This document shows positions 63,896 to 64,000 of a stretch of DNA of 64,000 bases, one piece after another. The DNA comes from Alphaproteobacteria bacterium (lineage in GTDB: Bacteria; Pseudomonadota; Alphaproteobacteria; UBA7887). The stretch lies in NCBI GenBank assembly GCA_030739735.1, contig JASLYQ010000001.1:159633-223632 (forward strand), given 5' to 3'. The position numbers and the translations under genes were made by a program. How positions within the stretch are numbered: position 1 is the first letter of the stretch; every line of letters starts with the position of its first letter. The notes below the pieces were generated by a model that saw only the letters and a list, made by a program, of their open reading frames with translations, was not told where the DNA came from and ran no database searches.

Positions 63896-64000
63896 TGCCC
63901 AGCTCCCACGGCTGGGCGGAAGACGAGTAGGGCCGCCTCGTCTTCCTGAATGATCTCGGCCTCGACGGCCATGCCAATGCTTACCTCTTGCGGCGCGATA
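63892..64000 (-). CDS. DUF35 Zn-ribbon/OB-fold protein, 3' end only
   Basis: IAPQEVSIGMAVEAE...VFRP; ATGA overlap with the thiolase, the usual partner arrangement. Confidence 0.8.
   Translation of the reverse strand, partial: IAPQEVSIGMAVEAEIIQEDEAALLVFRPAVGAGQ

Overview
This is a GC-rich (roughly 60-65% by eye) bacterial chromosomal segment whose gene content points to an alphaproteobacterium (inference). It holds about 60 mostly metabolic genes: htpG, purH, beta-oxidation and acyl-CoA enzymes, TRAP permeases, cinA, a GcvT-family oxidoreductase and cspA, plus one tRNA-Leu(CAA). I saw no CRISPR array, integrase or transposase. Five things stand out. (1) Two tandem NosR/NirI-like membrane Fe-S proteins sit directly upstream of an orphan SoxC/SoxD-like pair, with no nos, nir or other sox genes in the window, and only one keeps the flavinylation motif. 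(2) A three-subunit Co-type nitrile/thiocyanate hydratase lies between a haloalkane dehalogenase, a GST and an amidohydrolase. (3) A candidate pseudoknotted RNA lies upstream of that hydratase. (4) A large secreted single-CxxCH protein of unknown family sits between AT-rich tracts next to the tRNA. (5) Several decayed gene remnants hide in apparently intergenic DNA, suggesting ongoing gene loss. All calls come from reading motifs by eye; no database searches were run.
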